Virus record (IMG/VR): IMGVR_UViG_3300032332_001510
Span: 13,646 to 77,645 of that record
DNA length: 64,000 bases
Strand: one strand, 5' to 3'
Source of the DNA: a virus
Lineage: Duplodnaviria > Caudoviricetes
In this document: positions 10,239 through 17,954 of the stretch, one piece after another
How the letters are laid out: each line of letters opens with the position of its first letter
Position numbering within the stretch: the stretch's first letter is position 1
Translations under genes and position numbers: made by a program
Notes under the pieces: generated by a model
Databases searched by the model: none
What the model saw: the letters and a program-made list of their open reading frames with translations, nothing else
Told to the model about the DNA's origin: nothing

Positions 10239-10832
10239 TTAATCGTCGTTGCTGTCGTCTAGTTCCATAAATACGTCTACTAAAACATCTCGGTATGGTT
10301 GATCAACCATGTGCAAGTCTAGCAAGTAAGTATCTAGGTGACAATTGCGTAATAGCTGAGCATGATACATAAATTGACCATAAGCTTCTAAGTCTTGACT
10401 AATACTTTGATTGGCATAGTCTTCAATAGCTTGTGCAACCATGTCTAGTAGTGGTTCTGGCATTTGAGATTTAGTAGCGACTCTAACTAATTTTAGGGCT
10501 TTGCCTTCACGATCACGCATAATCTGATTACGTTTAGCTTCTGCCCAAGTCTGGCCCCCGTCACCGCCCCATAAATCCCAAGCTACTCGGCCTTTGCTAG
10601 GAAATCCCTCTTCACCACTGTTAAATCCTGTGGCACGCTTGTCAACTTCATGACGACTAAAAAAGCTATGCATTCGCAATACAACACTAGCACTTAGTGG
10701 CTCACGATTTTTAAGTTGATTGGCACGAGCCAAGCCTACCAGCGTACCACCCGGGTTGCCTTCCTCATGCCACACTAATGCACGTTTAGCCGCACTTGCC
10801 ATGCCGCTAGTGGGAGTATAAGTTTCTGCCAT
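10239..10832 (-). CDS. hypothetical protein carrying a domain often seen in phage head-maturation proteins
   Basis: RM.SFFSRHEVDK...F..GE.G.PS.GR.AW.LWGGD.G..W motif recognised from environmental phage proteins. Confidence 0.55.
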   Translation of the reverse strand: MAETYTPTSGMASAAKRALVWHEEGNPGGTLVGLARANQLKNREPLSASVVLRMHSFFSRHEVDKRATGFNSGEEGFPSKGRVAWDLWGGDGGQTWAEAKRNQIMRDREGKALKLVRVATKSQMPEPLLDMVAQAIEDYANQSISQDLEAYGQFMYHAQLLRNCHLDTYLLDLHMVDQPYRDVLVDVFMELDDSNDD

Positions 10833-10840
10833 AATAACCT

Positions 10841-11404
10841 CTATGGATTAGCTAGGAAAAATGCAAAGGCAAATCCCAGCGGTGTCATTGATCGTAATTC
10901 TTTAGTCTTTTCCGATTTACCACCCAACTTCATTATCCACGAATTAGGGTCAGGCTCGACTGGACACTTAGGCAAATCACGATTAAACTTGCCCCATAAT
11001 CCAGTTTTCTTGGTATAGGCATCACCAAACCAGTGTGGCTGAAAATACCAGGGTTCACCTAATTCAGGACGCAATTTATGCAGTCTGCCAACTGGATTTT
11101 CCAATGCCCAAAATTGTGGGTTGTAGTAGTCTACCATTTGCAAAACTTTGTCTACTAGCTTTAAGCTTTGGTCAGTTCTGCCGTCTAGGTCTTTTTGTTT
11201 CCAGTATTGTGCACCACTGCCTGCAAAGTCTGTACATGGCGGAGCAGCTAAGATGCCGTGTATTTGATTGGGTAAATCTCTGGCTGATAGCTCTAGTATG
11301 TCAATACCGTATTTAATATCTACTTGTAGAACATTGTAACCGGCTTCTTTGTAATATTTAGGCCAATTACCGCTGTAGTCGAACAATGACAAAATCGTTT
11401 TCAT
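10841..11404 (-). CDS. short C5 cytosine DNA methyltransferase-like protein
   Basis: LSLFDYSG (motif I), APPCTDF (catalytic PC), ALENP (motif VI). Confidence 0.75.
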   Translation of the reverse strand: MKTILSLFDYSGNWPKYYKEAGYNVLQVDIKYGIDILELSARDLPNQIHGILAAPPCTDFAGSGAQYWKQKDLDGRTDQSLKLVDKVLQMVDYYNPQFWALENPVGRLHKLRPELGEPWYFQPHWFGDAYTKKTGLWGKFNRDLPKCPVEPDPNSWIMKLGGKSEKTKELRSMTPLGFAFAFFLANP

Positions 11405-11546
11405 AATATAGTCTCTGCATTACGTCAAGTCGTTGTTCGTCTGTATAGACTTGCCAGTCTGTGATTTCTTGCACTGTTCTGTGACAACCTACACATTGCT
11501 GTAGTTTAGGGTCAATTCGGCAAATTTGCTGACAAGGAGTCATCAT
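11367..11546 (-). CDS. DUF1289-like small Cys protein
   Basis: TPCQQICRID...CVGCHRT..EI..W pattern. Confidence 0.7.
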   Translation of the reverse strand: MMTPCQQICRIDPKLQQCVGCHRTVQEITDWQVYTDEQRLDVMQRLYYENDFVIVRLQR

Positions 11547-12117
11547 GTTCTTTACGCTTAGCCTCACAAAGTGTTTCTACACGATTGCTTACTTCTTCAC
11601 TGTGTAACCACAAGTCTTTGTTTTCTAGCAAGCTGTCAATTTCCTTGCTAGTTAAAAAATCTTTGTAAATGTGTTGTAGGAATTGTCTAGACCACTCACG
11701 TTCAAAAACTGCTTGATCATAGATTTCACCACCCTTACCAAAGATTCCACCACTGTAGTTGTGAAACATAAATAAACTATGTGGAGTTACCTCAAACACA
11801 TCGGCACATAAAAAGATCATTGTAGCAGCACTCATACAGCTGCCTTCAACACTACATACTACAGTAGCCGGTGTTTCAGCAAGTACGCGCATAAATTGTA
11901 TTGCAGTGTTTAGGTCACCACCGCAACTATTGATATAAATTTTTACTACGTCTTGGTCACTAGCACTACGAATAGTATTAAACCATTCAATGTAATCCTC
12001 AGGACCAGTAATTAAACCACTTAAGTAAAATTCGTAAAGTGCACTAGTACATTTACGAAACCCACGACTAATACCAGTGTCGAGGACAAAATCATCATCT
12101 GTTGCGTTTTTAGTCAT
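11512..12117 (-). CDS. clpP: ClpP-like protease subunit
   Basis: IYINSCGG, CMSAAT (catalytic Ser), FMFHNYSGG (catalytic His). Confidence 0.82.
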   Translation of the reverse strand: MTKNATDDDFVLDTGISRGFRKCTSALYEFYLSGLITGPEDYIEWFNTIRSASDQDVVKIYINSCGGDLNTAIQFMRVLAETPATVVCSVEGSCMSAATMIFLCADVFEVTPHSLFMFHNYSGGIFGKGGEIYDQAVFEREWSRQFLQHIYKDFLTSKEIDSLLENKDLWLHSEEVSNRVETLCEAKRKEHDDSLSANLPN

Positions 12118-12130
12118 AGGAGTATTGTAT

Positions 12131-12430
12131 AAAAAAGCCCCCCTTGGTTACAAGGCGGGGGCAGACCTCGGCACTAGCTTAAGCGGCTAGGGCAAATACC
12201 TCATCGTTGGCATTTATATAGTTTGCTTCTTTTGCGGAGATCGCCTACCGAGTTGTCCACTTGCATACTTATCACACTGTCGAAACCATGACTGGCCCAT
12301 CAAAAGCACACCACACTTACAGAGGTAACACGTACCATGGCTATGCATCGCCTTAGTGTGCTTTTGGTGGACCAGGTGGGAGTCGAACCCACGTCCAGCG
12401 CGCCTTTCGGCTCGTTTCATACAACCATAT
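12131..12430 (-). ncRNA. ssrA: circularly permuted (two-piece) tmRNA: acceptor piece about 12430-12365, intervening segment, coding piece 12298 to about 12131; tag (A)ANDEVFALAA
   Basis: T arm + CTGGTCCACCA lies upstream of the 5' end GGGCCAGTCATGGTTTCGACAG. Acceptor stem GGGCCAG/CTGGTCC has G3-U. Tag ORF is at 12211-12179. Confidence 0.92.
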
Positions 12431-12513
12431 AAAAATACTCTAGTTTGGATTCAAACCTTGTCCTAGTATTGTCTACTTGCGTGTCTCACCACACCGACCA
12501 GAATATTTTTATA

Positions 12514-12587
12514 TGGTGCCCCTTGACAGAATCGAACTGCCAATTGATGATTACAAATCAACTGTTATACCATTTAACTAAAAGGGC
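12514..12587 (-). tRNA. tRNA-Thr(UGU)
   Basis: GCCCTTT/AGGGGC acceptor, TTGATTTGTAATCAT anticodon arm, CCA. Confidence 0.92.
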
Positions 12588-12594
12588 TACCCGT

Positions 12595-12810
12595 TTACAA
12601 CTGTTTGCTGTGAACCAAGTCCTCAAACATTTTTTGAAGAATCTCAAACTTGACCTGGTACATCGTAAACAGACCAAGCAGGAGATTCTGCATTTCGTCT
12701 TCTGTTGTTTCGCGCAAGTCTTGGAGATGGTAGATGGTTTTAATATCATCTACCACACCCCAGCAGTTCATCATTTGTTGCTCAAAATCAAATCGATTTG
12801 GTTTTTGCAT
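12595..12810 (-). CDS. hypothetical protein
   Basis: ORF with upstream promoter near 12844-12872. Confidence 0.65.
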   Translation of the reverse strand: MQKPNRFDFEQQMMNCWGVVDDIKTIYHLQDLRETTEDEMQNLLLGLFTMYQVKFEILQKMFEDLVHSKQL

Positions 12811-12888
12811 AATTTTGTTTTGTGAAATTTCCCAGTGAATAAGTATTATACCCTAATCATTAGCAAATTTCAAGACAAAAATTTTTGG

Positions 12889-13080
12889 CTATTTGCAGTT
12901 TGGTAATTCGCAGATTTTTGTAATTAGGTGCGCACGATCAGTTAAAAATGTGCGATAACTTTGTCCGCCATTTTTAACAAAACTAGTAGCCGATTCAATT
13001 AAATCGTCTAGGGATTCTACTGCACTTGCAATTGCAGTAGCTTGTGTAGGATTTAAGGTAGATAGGTCGTAATTAAACAT
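12889..13080 (-). CDS. hypothetical protein
   Basis: ORF track. Confidence 0.55.
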   Translation of the reverse strand: MFNYDLSTLNPTQATAIASAVESLDDLIESATSFVKNGGQSYRTFLTDRAHLITKICELPNCK

Positions 13081-13086
13081 TTTTGA

Positions 13087-13578
13087 TTAAAGAGATAGTA
13101 GGGTATCAGAACTATTTGTAGCAATAGACTGCCATTCAGTGCCGTCAAATATAAGCATTAAGGATTTATTAGTGCTTAATTTTTGTGAACTAGATCCGTC
13201 TATTTTTTGGCTAGCAGTACCAGTTACGGTAATTTCGCCATTTTCTTGATTTTTTACAACATATACTTTACCAGTTACACCTTTAGGAAGTGTTACGGTA
13301 ATTTCTTTTTTAATTGCGCCAATATAGTAATCATTGGCAGTAGGTGTATAATTTGCTGTAATTATTTTTACTGCAAATAAATCGCTACTATTAGTAGCAC
13401 TTAATACTCCTTGTGGAGTAATTGATAGGCCACTACCTATTTGTACAACACCTAGTTGTGCAGTAGTGGCAACATCAGCATCTAATACAACAGGAATTAT
13501 AGCCTGTGTTGAAGGAGCGGGCGTTTGTTTAAGCGCCCGTCCTGCAAGAGTAGATGCTGGGGGTCTGGTATAACTCAT
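13087..13578 (-). CDS. fibre-like protein (ATT..LGVVQIGSG repeat + C-terminal beta domain)
   Basis: Paralogous N-terminal motif and C-terminal ITVTLP...FDGTEW domain shared with neighbours. Confidence 0.6.
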   Translation of the reverse strand: MSYTRPPASTLAGRALKQTPAPSTQAIIPVVLDADVATTAQLGVVQIGSGLSITPQGVLSATNSSDLFAVKIITANYTPTANDYYIGAIKKEITVTLPKGVTGKVYVVKNQENGEITVTGTASQKIDGSSSQKLSTNKSLMLIFDGTEWQSIATNSSDTLLSL

Positions 13579-13594
13579 ACTAACCCCCGGTTAA

Positions 13595-13999
13595 TTAAAC
13601 TGCGTTCCAGTTTGTTCCGCGGAAAATTAGCGTTACACTACCAGCAGTAGCTGCTAAAATTGAAAAGTTTGCTGCATTTTCAATTGTTTGTGCACCGTTA
13701 GGCACAATTGTAATGTCACTAGTATTAGTAGCCTCAGATTTAATTACCACTTCACGACCATCTACGCCAGCCGTAAGATTAATGGTAATACCAGCACCAG
13801 TTCCTACAACACCAAGATAGTAGTTAGGTGTTGGGCCAGCACTGTCCAAGGTATAGGGACTAGCTGCGTTGTTTACTAGGTGAGTATTTACTTGACCATT
13901 AGGTGCAACCGAAATTACACCATTGGTTACTGAAATACCTGTACCGATTTCAACCACACCATACGTGGTGGGCGATGCTAAGGGAGAATTAAAAGCCAT
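13595..13999 (-). CDS. fibre-like protein paralog
   Basis: ASPTTYGVVEIGTG motif; ends IFRGTNW. Confidence 0.6.
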   Translation of the reverse strand: MAFNSPLASPTTYGVVEIGTGISVTNGVISVAPNGQVNTHLVNNAASPYTLDSAGPTPNYYLGVVGTGAGITINLTAGVDGREVVIKSEATNTSDITIVPNGAQTIENAANFSILAATAGSVTLIFRGTNWNAV

Positions 14000-14023
14000 T
14001 TTATTATCCTTATTATTAGGCTA

Positions 14024-14578
14024 TTATAACTGAATGATAGTGCATCTAACACTAGGTGTTACAGGCCGTACAGGAGCTGCTTGTACGGGAACTGTTAGTA
14101 ATCGCATAGCAGTATCTGCACTAGACCATGCTATTTGCATTTGATCTCCTGCAGTTAATGCTAAGGTAAAGTTCCAGTTTGCTACTAGCACACCAATAGT
14201 ACCAATCACAACACTTTGTGAGTTTGTATCTGGATAATTTACACCGTTACGTCGTAACCAAAAATCTATTAAGTCATTGCCACCGTCTGTTTTATCAACC
14301 TGCGCAGTAAATTGAAAATTATAGTTAGCGGTTTTGCTAACAGTAATTTGAGTTCCGGCCACAAGTGTAATGCCTACGTTGATGGCTGCGTTATTAAATG
14401 TTACAATATTTTGTGTATTAGCTACAGGATTTGTTTGCGTTTGTGTACTATAAAAATATGCTTGATTAAATAATCCAACGGGCTGATTTGATACTACACC
14501 ATCGGTAACTTGCAGACCACTACCAACACGCATTGCACCATAGCTAGTAGTAGTTGCTAGTGGCTGATTGTAACTCAT
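14024..14578 (-). CDS. fibre-like protein with BclA-C/C1q-like C-terminal domain
   Basis: ATTTSYGAMRVGSG motif; AYFYST...ITVSKTANYNFQFTAQV jelly-roll-like pattern. Confidence 0.55.
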   Translation of the reverse strand: MSYNQPLATTTSYGAMRVGSGLQVTDGVVSNQPVGLFNQAYFYSTQTQTNPVANTQNIVTFNNAAINVGITLVAGTQITVSKTANYNFQFTAQVDKTDGGNDLIDFWLRRNGVNYPDTNSQSVVIGTIGVLVANWNFTLALTAGDQMQIAWSSADTAMRLLTVPVQAAPVRPVTPSVRCTIIQL

Positions 14579-15093
14579 GTTACATTCCACTCAATTCCAT
14601 TGTAGATTAAACCAATAGAACCCCAAGGCGAATCAATTATGTAGCTTGCCTGACCATCAATGGTACTAGCAAGCGCAACCACCGTAATCGGGTTGGCCAG
14701 TGCATCGCCCTGGCTATCTTTGATAATAAATATTTTACCAGTAGTACCCACTGGTAAGGTAATTGTAGCGGCACCATCAAAAATTACTCCAATAAAGTAG
14801 TCAGTGTTACTAGCAGCATAAGTTGCCGAATCTACTAATGTAACCGGCAAGTTCGCCAGTGAACCAGGGGGACCCTGTGTTCCAGGCGGGCCTGCGGGGC
14901 CTTCGGGTCCTGCTGGGCCTTGAGGCCCGGGCGGGCCCGGTGGTCCAGGTAGTCCTCCTGGAGCATAATTAATAAATACATCGTCTTCTGGAAACGGTGG
15001 AGGACACCAACCCGGAACTACTGGAGGCGGTGGAGCTATGTAGGGAACCATAGGAAAACCAAAAGGCATTCCTTGTCGTTGTCGTTGATTCAT
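14575..15093 (-). CDS. collagen-like protein (about 11 Gly-X-Y triplets) with C-terminal beta domain
   Basis: GLPGPPGPPGPQGPAGPEGPAGPPGTQGPPGS; ends IYNGIEW. Confidence 0.75.
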   Translation of the reverse strand: MNQRQRQGMPFGFPMVPYIAPPPPVVPGWCPPPFPEDDVFINYAPGGLPGPPGPPGPQGPAGPEGPAGPPGTQGPPGSLANLPVTLVDSATYAASNTDYFIGVIFDGAATITLPVGTTGKIFIIKDSQGDALANPITVVALASTIDGQASYIIDSPWGSIGLIYNGIEWNVT

Positions 15094-15107
15094 TTTGTAA
15101 TCCCTAT

Positions 15108-15141
15108 AAAAAAGCCCCCACAGCTTTTGGCTCTGGGGGCT
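15108..15141 (-). terminator. intrinsic terminator inside the fibre operon
   Basis: AGCCCCCA stem + T run on minus strand. Confidence 0.7.
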
Positions 15142-15158
15142 GTATACCTAGTTCAGGA

Positions 15159-15935
15159 TTACCGAATGTTTGTATTTGTGTTAGCTGGATTAGCAGTAAG
15201 TGTTCCGCTACCAACATTAATTGCTTCATTAGTACTACGAATGCTCTGGCTGAGGCCCCAGATTGCATTGTACAACTGGCCGTACTGTTGTTGTTGCTGG
15301 CTCTGTTGTTGCATTTGATTAACGGTAGTAGTTGTATTAACTTCAATACCGCGCGCACGCTCAGCATTTTCAAAACGATTTTGCAGGGCAATAACTGCTG
15401 CATTAGCGTCTGTAAGTTGACGATTAAGTGTAGCCTCATACTGCTGAGTAATCAGTGCACGAGTCTTATCACCATCATTGTTAATAAACGACTGAGTTTG
15501 GTTAAAACCAGTTAACAAGTTTGTGTTAACTGTGTTAAGTTGCTGCATTAATGCCATAGCAGTACCATTGACTGCTTCTTTAACGCCATCAACACGAGTG
15601 GCTAATGAGCCTGTTGCAGCATTAAACTGATTGGTAATACCAATAGTTTGATTAGCCTGACTAGCTTCCATTGCAGCTGTACCAACTGCAACTGCTTTGT
15701 CAACTTGACCAATTGATTGCATAAGTTGCATATTAGCTGTTGATTGCTCAGGTGGAATGCGTCCAGCACCTAGTCCAACTGCATCGGTTCCATTATTACC
15801 AAATAGTCCGCCATTACCTTGACGTAACAAACTGCCTAGGATAAGACCACCAATAAGGCCACCACCACCGCCAAAACCTAGTCCACCGTCGCCACCACCC
15901 ATCATCATTGTACCTGGGCTTAAAACTTCTGCCAT
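15159..15935 (-). CDS. Gly-rich, Gln/Asn-rich coiled-coil protein of unknown function
   Basis: Start MAEVLSPG after AAGGGG RBS; GGGDGGLGFGGGGGLIGGLILG segment, DKTRALI motif, polyQ. Confidence 0.65.
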   Translation of the reverse strand: MAEVLSPGTMMMGGGDGGLGFGGGGGLIGGLILGSLLRQGNGGLFGNNGTDAVGLGAGRIPPEQSTANMQLMQSIGQVDKAVAVGTAAMEASQANQTIGITNQFNAATGSLATRVDGVKEAVNGTAMALMQQLNTVNTNLLTGFNQTQSFINNDGDKTRALITQQYEATLNRQLTDANAAVIALQNRFENAERARGIEVNTTTTVNQMQQQSQQQQQYGQLYNAIWGLSQSIRSTNEAINVGSGTLTANPANTNTNIR

Positions 15936-16049
15936 AATATTCCCCTTGTTATTATTATTTTTAGGGTTTAAAATAGCAAGTAATACTGGCAAGTATTACC
16001 CGCCTGTTAGCTAACTGCTGTAGTCAGCTTTATTTTTATAACTTTTAAT

Positions 16050-16078
16050 ATTATACAGCGTTGGGCACTAAAAGTCAA
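16050..16078 (-). promoter_or_regulatory. sigma70 promoter of the fibre operon
   Basis: TTGACT-17-TATAAT. Confidence 0.8.
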
Positions 16079-16201
16079 TACTCTAATTTTTTTACCAAAA
16101 TTACACGTACTTTTGTGCGAATATTTTCTTAAAAATTACAATTTTATTTCTATACGACAAAACTTGTCACATTACTAGTCATAAATTGAACGGACAAAAT
16201 A

Positions 16202-16230
16202 AAAGCGGCAAGGGGTTAGCTTGCCGCTTC
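16202..16230. terminator. hairpin terminator after rubredoxin
   Basis: AAGCGGCAAG/CTTGCCGCTT 10-bp stem. Confidence 0.7.
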
Positions 16231-16233
16231 ATA

Positions 16234-16368
16234 TTACTCTACTAAAAAGTATTCGTCTTTGTGGCATCCGCATTCGGGGCACAAGTAGAACTGTGGTAAC
16301 TCGTCCCACTTGCCATCTGTTGCCTCGTCATGTACATTACCACAAACTTCGCATTCATATTTGTTCAT
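16234..16368 (-). CDS. rubredoxin (44 aa; absent from ORF track)
   Basis: MNKYECEVCGNVHDEATDGKWDELPQFYLCPECGCHKDEYFLVE: CxxCG...W.ELP...CPxCG. Confidence 0.85.
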   Translation of the reverse strand: MNKYECEVCGNVHDEATDGKWDELPQFYLCPECGCHKDEYFLVE

Positions 16369-16377
16369 TGTATTATC

Positions 16378-16539
16378 TCAATAGCCGTTACGAAAATCCA
16401 TGCCGCGCTGGTAACGATCCCAGTTACGCATACGAGACTCTAGTTCCATAATATCTTTAGGGTCGCAATCACGGATATAGTCGTTAAGATCATAAGGTTT
16501 AAACATTTGCTGTAGGTTACGCCACAATTCACTTAGCAT
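16378..16539 (-). CDS. DUF3563-like small protein (53 aa; absent from ORF track)
   Basis: MLSELWRNLQQMFKPYDLNDYIRDCDPKDIMELESRMRNWDRYQRG resembles the Burkholderiales D..ELE.R.R family. Confidence 0.5.
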   Translation of the reverse strand: MLSELWRNLQQMFKPYDLNDYIRDCDPKDIMELESRMRNWDRYQRGMDFRNGY

Positions 16540-16756
16540 TGTTGACAAACCCGTATAGTTTTTGTGCCTCGCTGACTACATCTTCAAAAGTATACATTTT
16601 AGGCATATACTTTTGATAGTCTTGTTGAATAGCTTGGCCTGTTTTAATCAGTTGCGAAAAACTTTCTTTGGCAAAGTCGCAGTTGATTTCATGTTGACGC
16701 TTTAAATGGTCTGTGGCCATCTCCAGCAATTTTGTTCGTAATTCAAAGGGATTCAT
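16529..16756 (-). CDS. conserved phage hypothetical protein
   Basis: MNPFELR..LLEMA...DVV..A.KLYGFV pattern. Confidence 0.65.
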   Translation of the reverse strand: MNPFELRTKLLEMATDHLKRQHEINCDFAKESFSQLIKTGQAIQQDYQKYMPKMYTFEDVVSEAQKLYGFVNNAK

Positions 16757-16797
16757 ATTATATCCTTGTGTGTGTTGTGTATGCAAATAATTAAGGC

Positions 16798-17001
16798 TTA
16801 TTCGCTTTTGCCTAAGCGACCCATGTCGCCGTCGTGTGTGACACCGCCGCGATCAACAATGTTGATTTGCATTGTTTCTGCGCCGCCAAGTGTAACATCA
16901 CTGGAGTCTCGCCCTGTTTTAGGATCGATTTGATCGGCTTGGCCTTCTTCAAAAGGTGTACCCATAGGCTGTGCGTTTTCAGGTGCTAAAGGGTTTTTCA
17001 T
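16798..17001 (-). CDS. small acidic, likely disordered protein
   Basis: start MKNPLAPE. Confidence 0.55.
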   Translation of the reverse strand: MKNPLAPENAQPMGTPFEEGQADQIDPKTGRDSSDVTLGGAETMQINIVDRGGVTHDGDMGRLGKSE

Positions 17002-17002
17002 A

Positions 17003-17266
17003 TTAGTCCTGTACATCAGGTATATCGCCAACTTCAGTTGGTCCAACATCATTGCCTGCACGCGCAGTATCAACATTAACCATTTCTGAACTAACACCAC
17101 TATCACTAAATCCTTCTGTAGCTGTGTAAGTAGCTCCAGCAGGGTTTGGCATTTGTGCGTTAGGAGTTTGTGTCATATAATCAGGCACGCCTTCAGTGCT
17201 AAAACCTGCTTGTGGTTTTACTGCAGGTTTGCTGACTGGGGGTTGCATATCAAAAGTTGTAGCCAT
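17003..17266 (-). CDS. small Pro/Thr-rich, likely disordered protein
   Basis: ORF with AAGGA RBS. Confidence 0.6.
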   Translation of the reverse strand: MATTFDMQPPVSKPAVKPQAGFSTEGVPDYMTQTPNAQMPNPAGATYTATEGFSDSGVSSEMVNVDTARAGNDVGPTEVGDIPDVQD

Positions 17267-17284
17267 AATTTTTTCCTTGTAAGT

Positions 17285-17599
17285 TTAACCTAAATCTGCA
17301 ATTTTGGTTAGGGTTTTTAATTTGTGGCCTACAATAGTATCTGTAGGCACGTACTTGTCGCCTTGTTTGGTGTACACTCTAACAAGTGCACCAGGATCTT
17401 CGGGGGTACCAGTAATCTTAAAACTACTATTAGGTACTTGTTCACTGCCACTAGTAATTACTTTGGTAATCTTACCGCGGGCAGTACCGCCACTGCTGTT
17501 CCAACTTACGCTATCACCGCGCTTTAAGTCACTGGCCTTTTCAATAATTTTATCTAGTGCAGCAATATACTCACTAAGTTTTTGCGTATAATGATCCAT
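17285..17599 (-). CDS. Hva1/DUF2945 Tudor-like domain protein
   Basis: GD.VSWNSSGGTARGKITKV...GT.EDP motif. Confidence 0.6.
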   Translation of the reverse strand: MDHYTQKLSEYIAALDKIIEKASDLKRGDSVSWNSSGGTARGKITKVITSGSEQVPNSSFKITGTPEDPGALVRVYTKQGDKYVPTDTIVGHKLKTLTKIADLG

Positions 17600-17603
17600 G
17601 ATC

Positions 17604-17948
17604 TTACTTCATTGGATATGTAGGGTACAGGCCTTTGCAGGCGGTACACTGACAAGTTGGATCATGAAATGGGTTTATTGGTAGTGCAGGTTGAACTGGT
17701 TGTACTGGTGTCATGTCTTTTCCTTCGGGAATTGGACCGTGTGGCCCAGGCTCAACAATATTAATTCCGTTTGGGCCAACGGGTTTCTTTTTTGGCTTTT
17801 TACTATCCACAACAGGCTCCTTTAAGTTTGGATTGTTAATGTGAATAGCTGCCGCTGCTGCCTCACATTTAGCTAGTGTATCAAATTGGCAGTTGCCATG
17901 CTGGCCATATTTATATTTACCATTACTGCATTGCATACATGGCATCAT
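17604..17948 (-). CDS. hypothetical Cys/Pro-rich protein
   Basis: MPCMQCSNGKYKYG...C...KCE N-terminus; C-terminal CQCTAC. Confidence 0.55.
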   Translation of the reverse strand: MMPCMQCSNGKYKYGQHGNCQFDTLAKCEAAAAAIHINNPNLKEPVVDSKKPKKKPVGPNGINIVEPGPHGPIPEGKDMTPVQPVQPALPINPFHDPTCQCTACKGLYPTYPMK

Positions 17949-17954
17949 GCTCTC

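Noticed and set aside
12214-12420. 68-aa ORF from the track
   Set aside because: It overlaps the tmRNA structural elements on the same strand and is better explained as RNA.
16221-16451. 76-aa plus-strand ORF
   Set aside because: It is the shadow of the rubredoxin and DUF3563-like genes on the minus strand.
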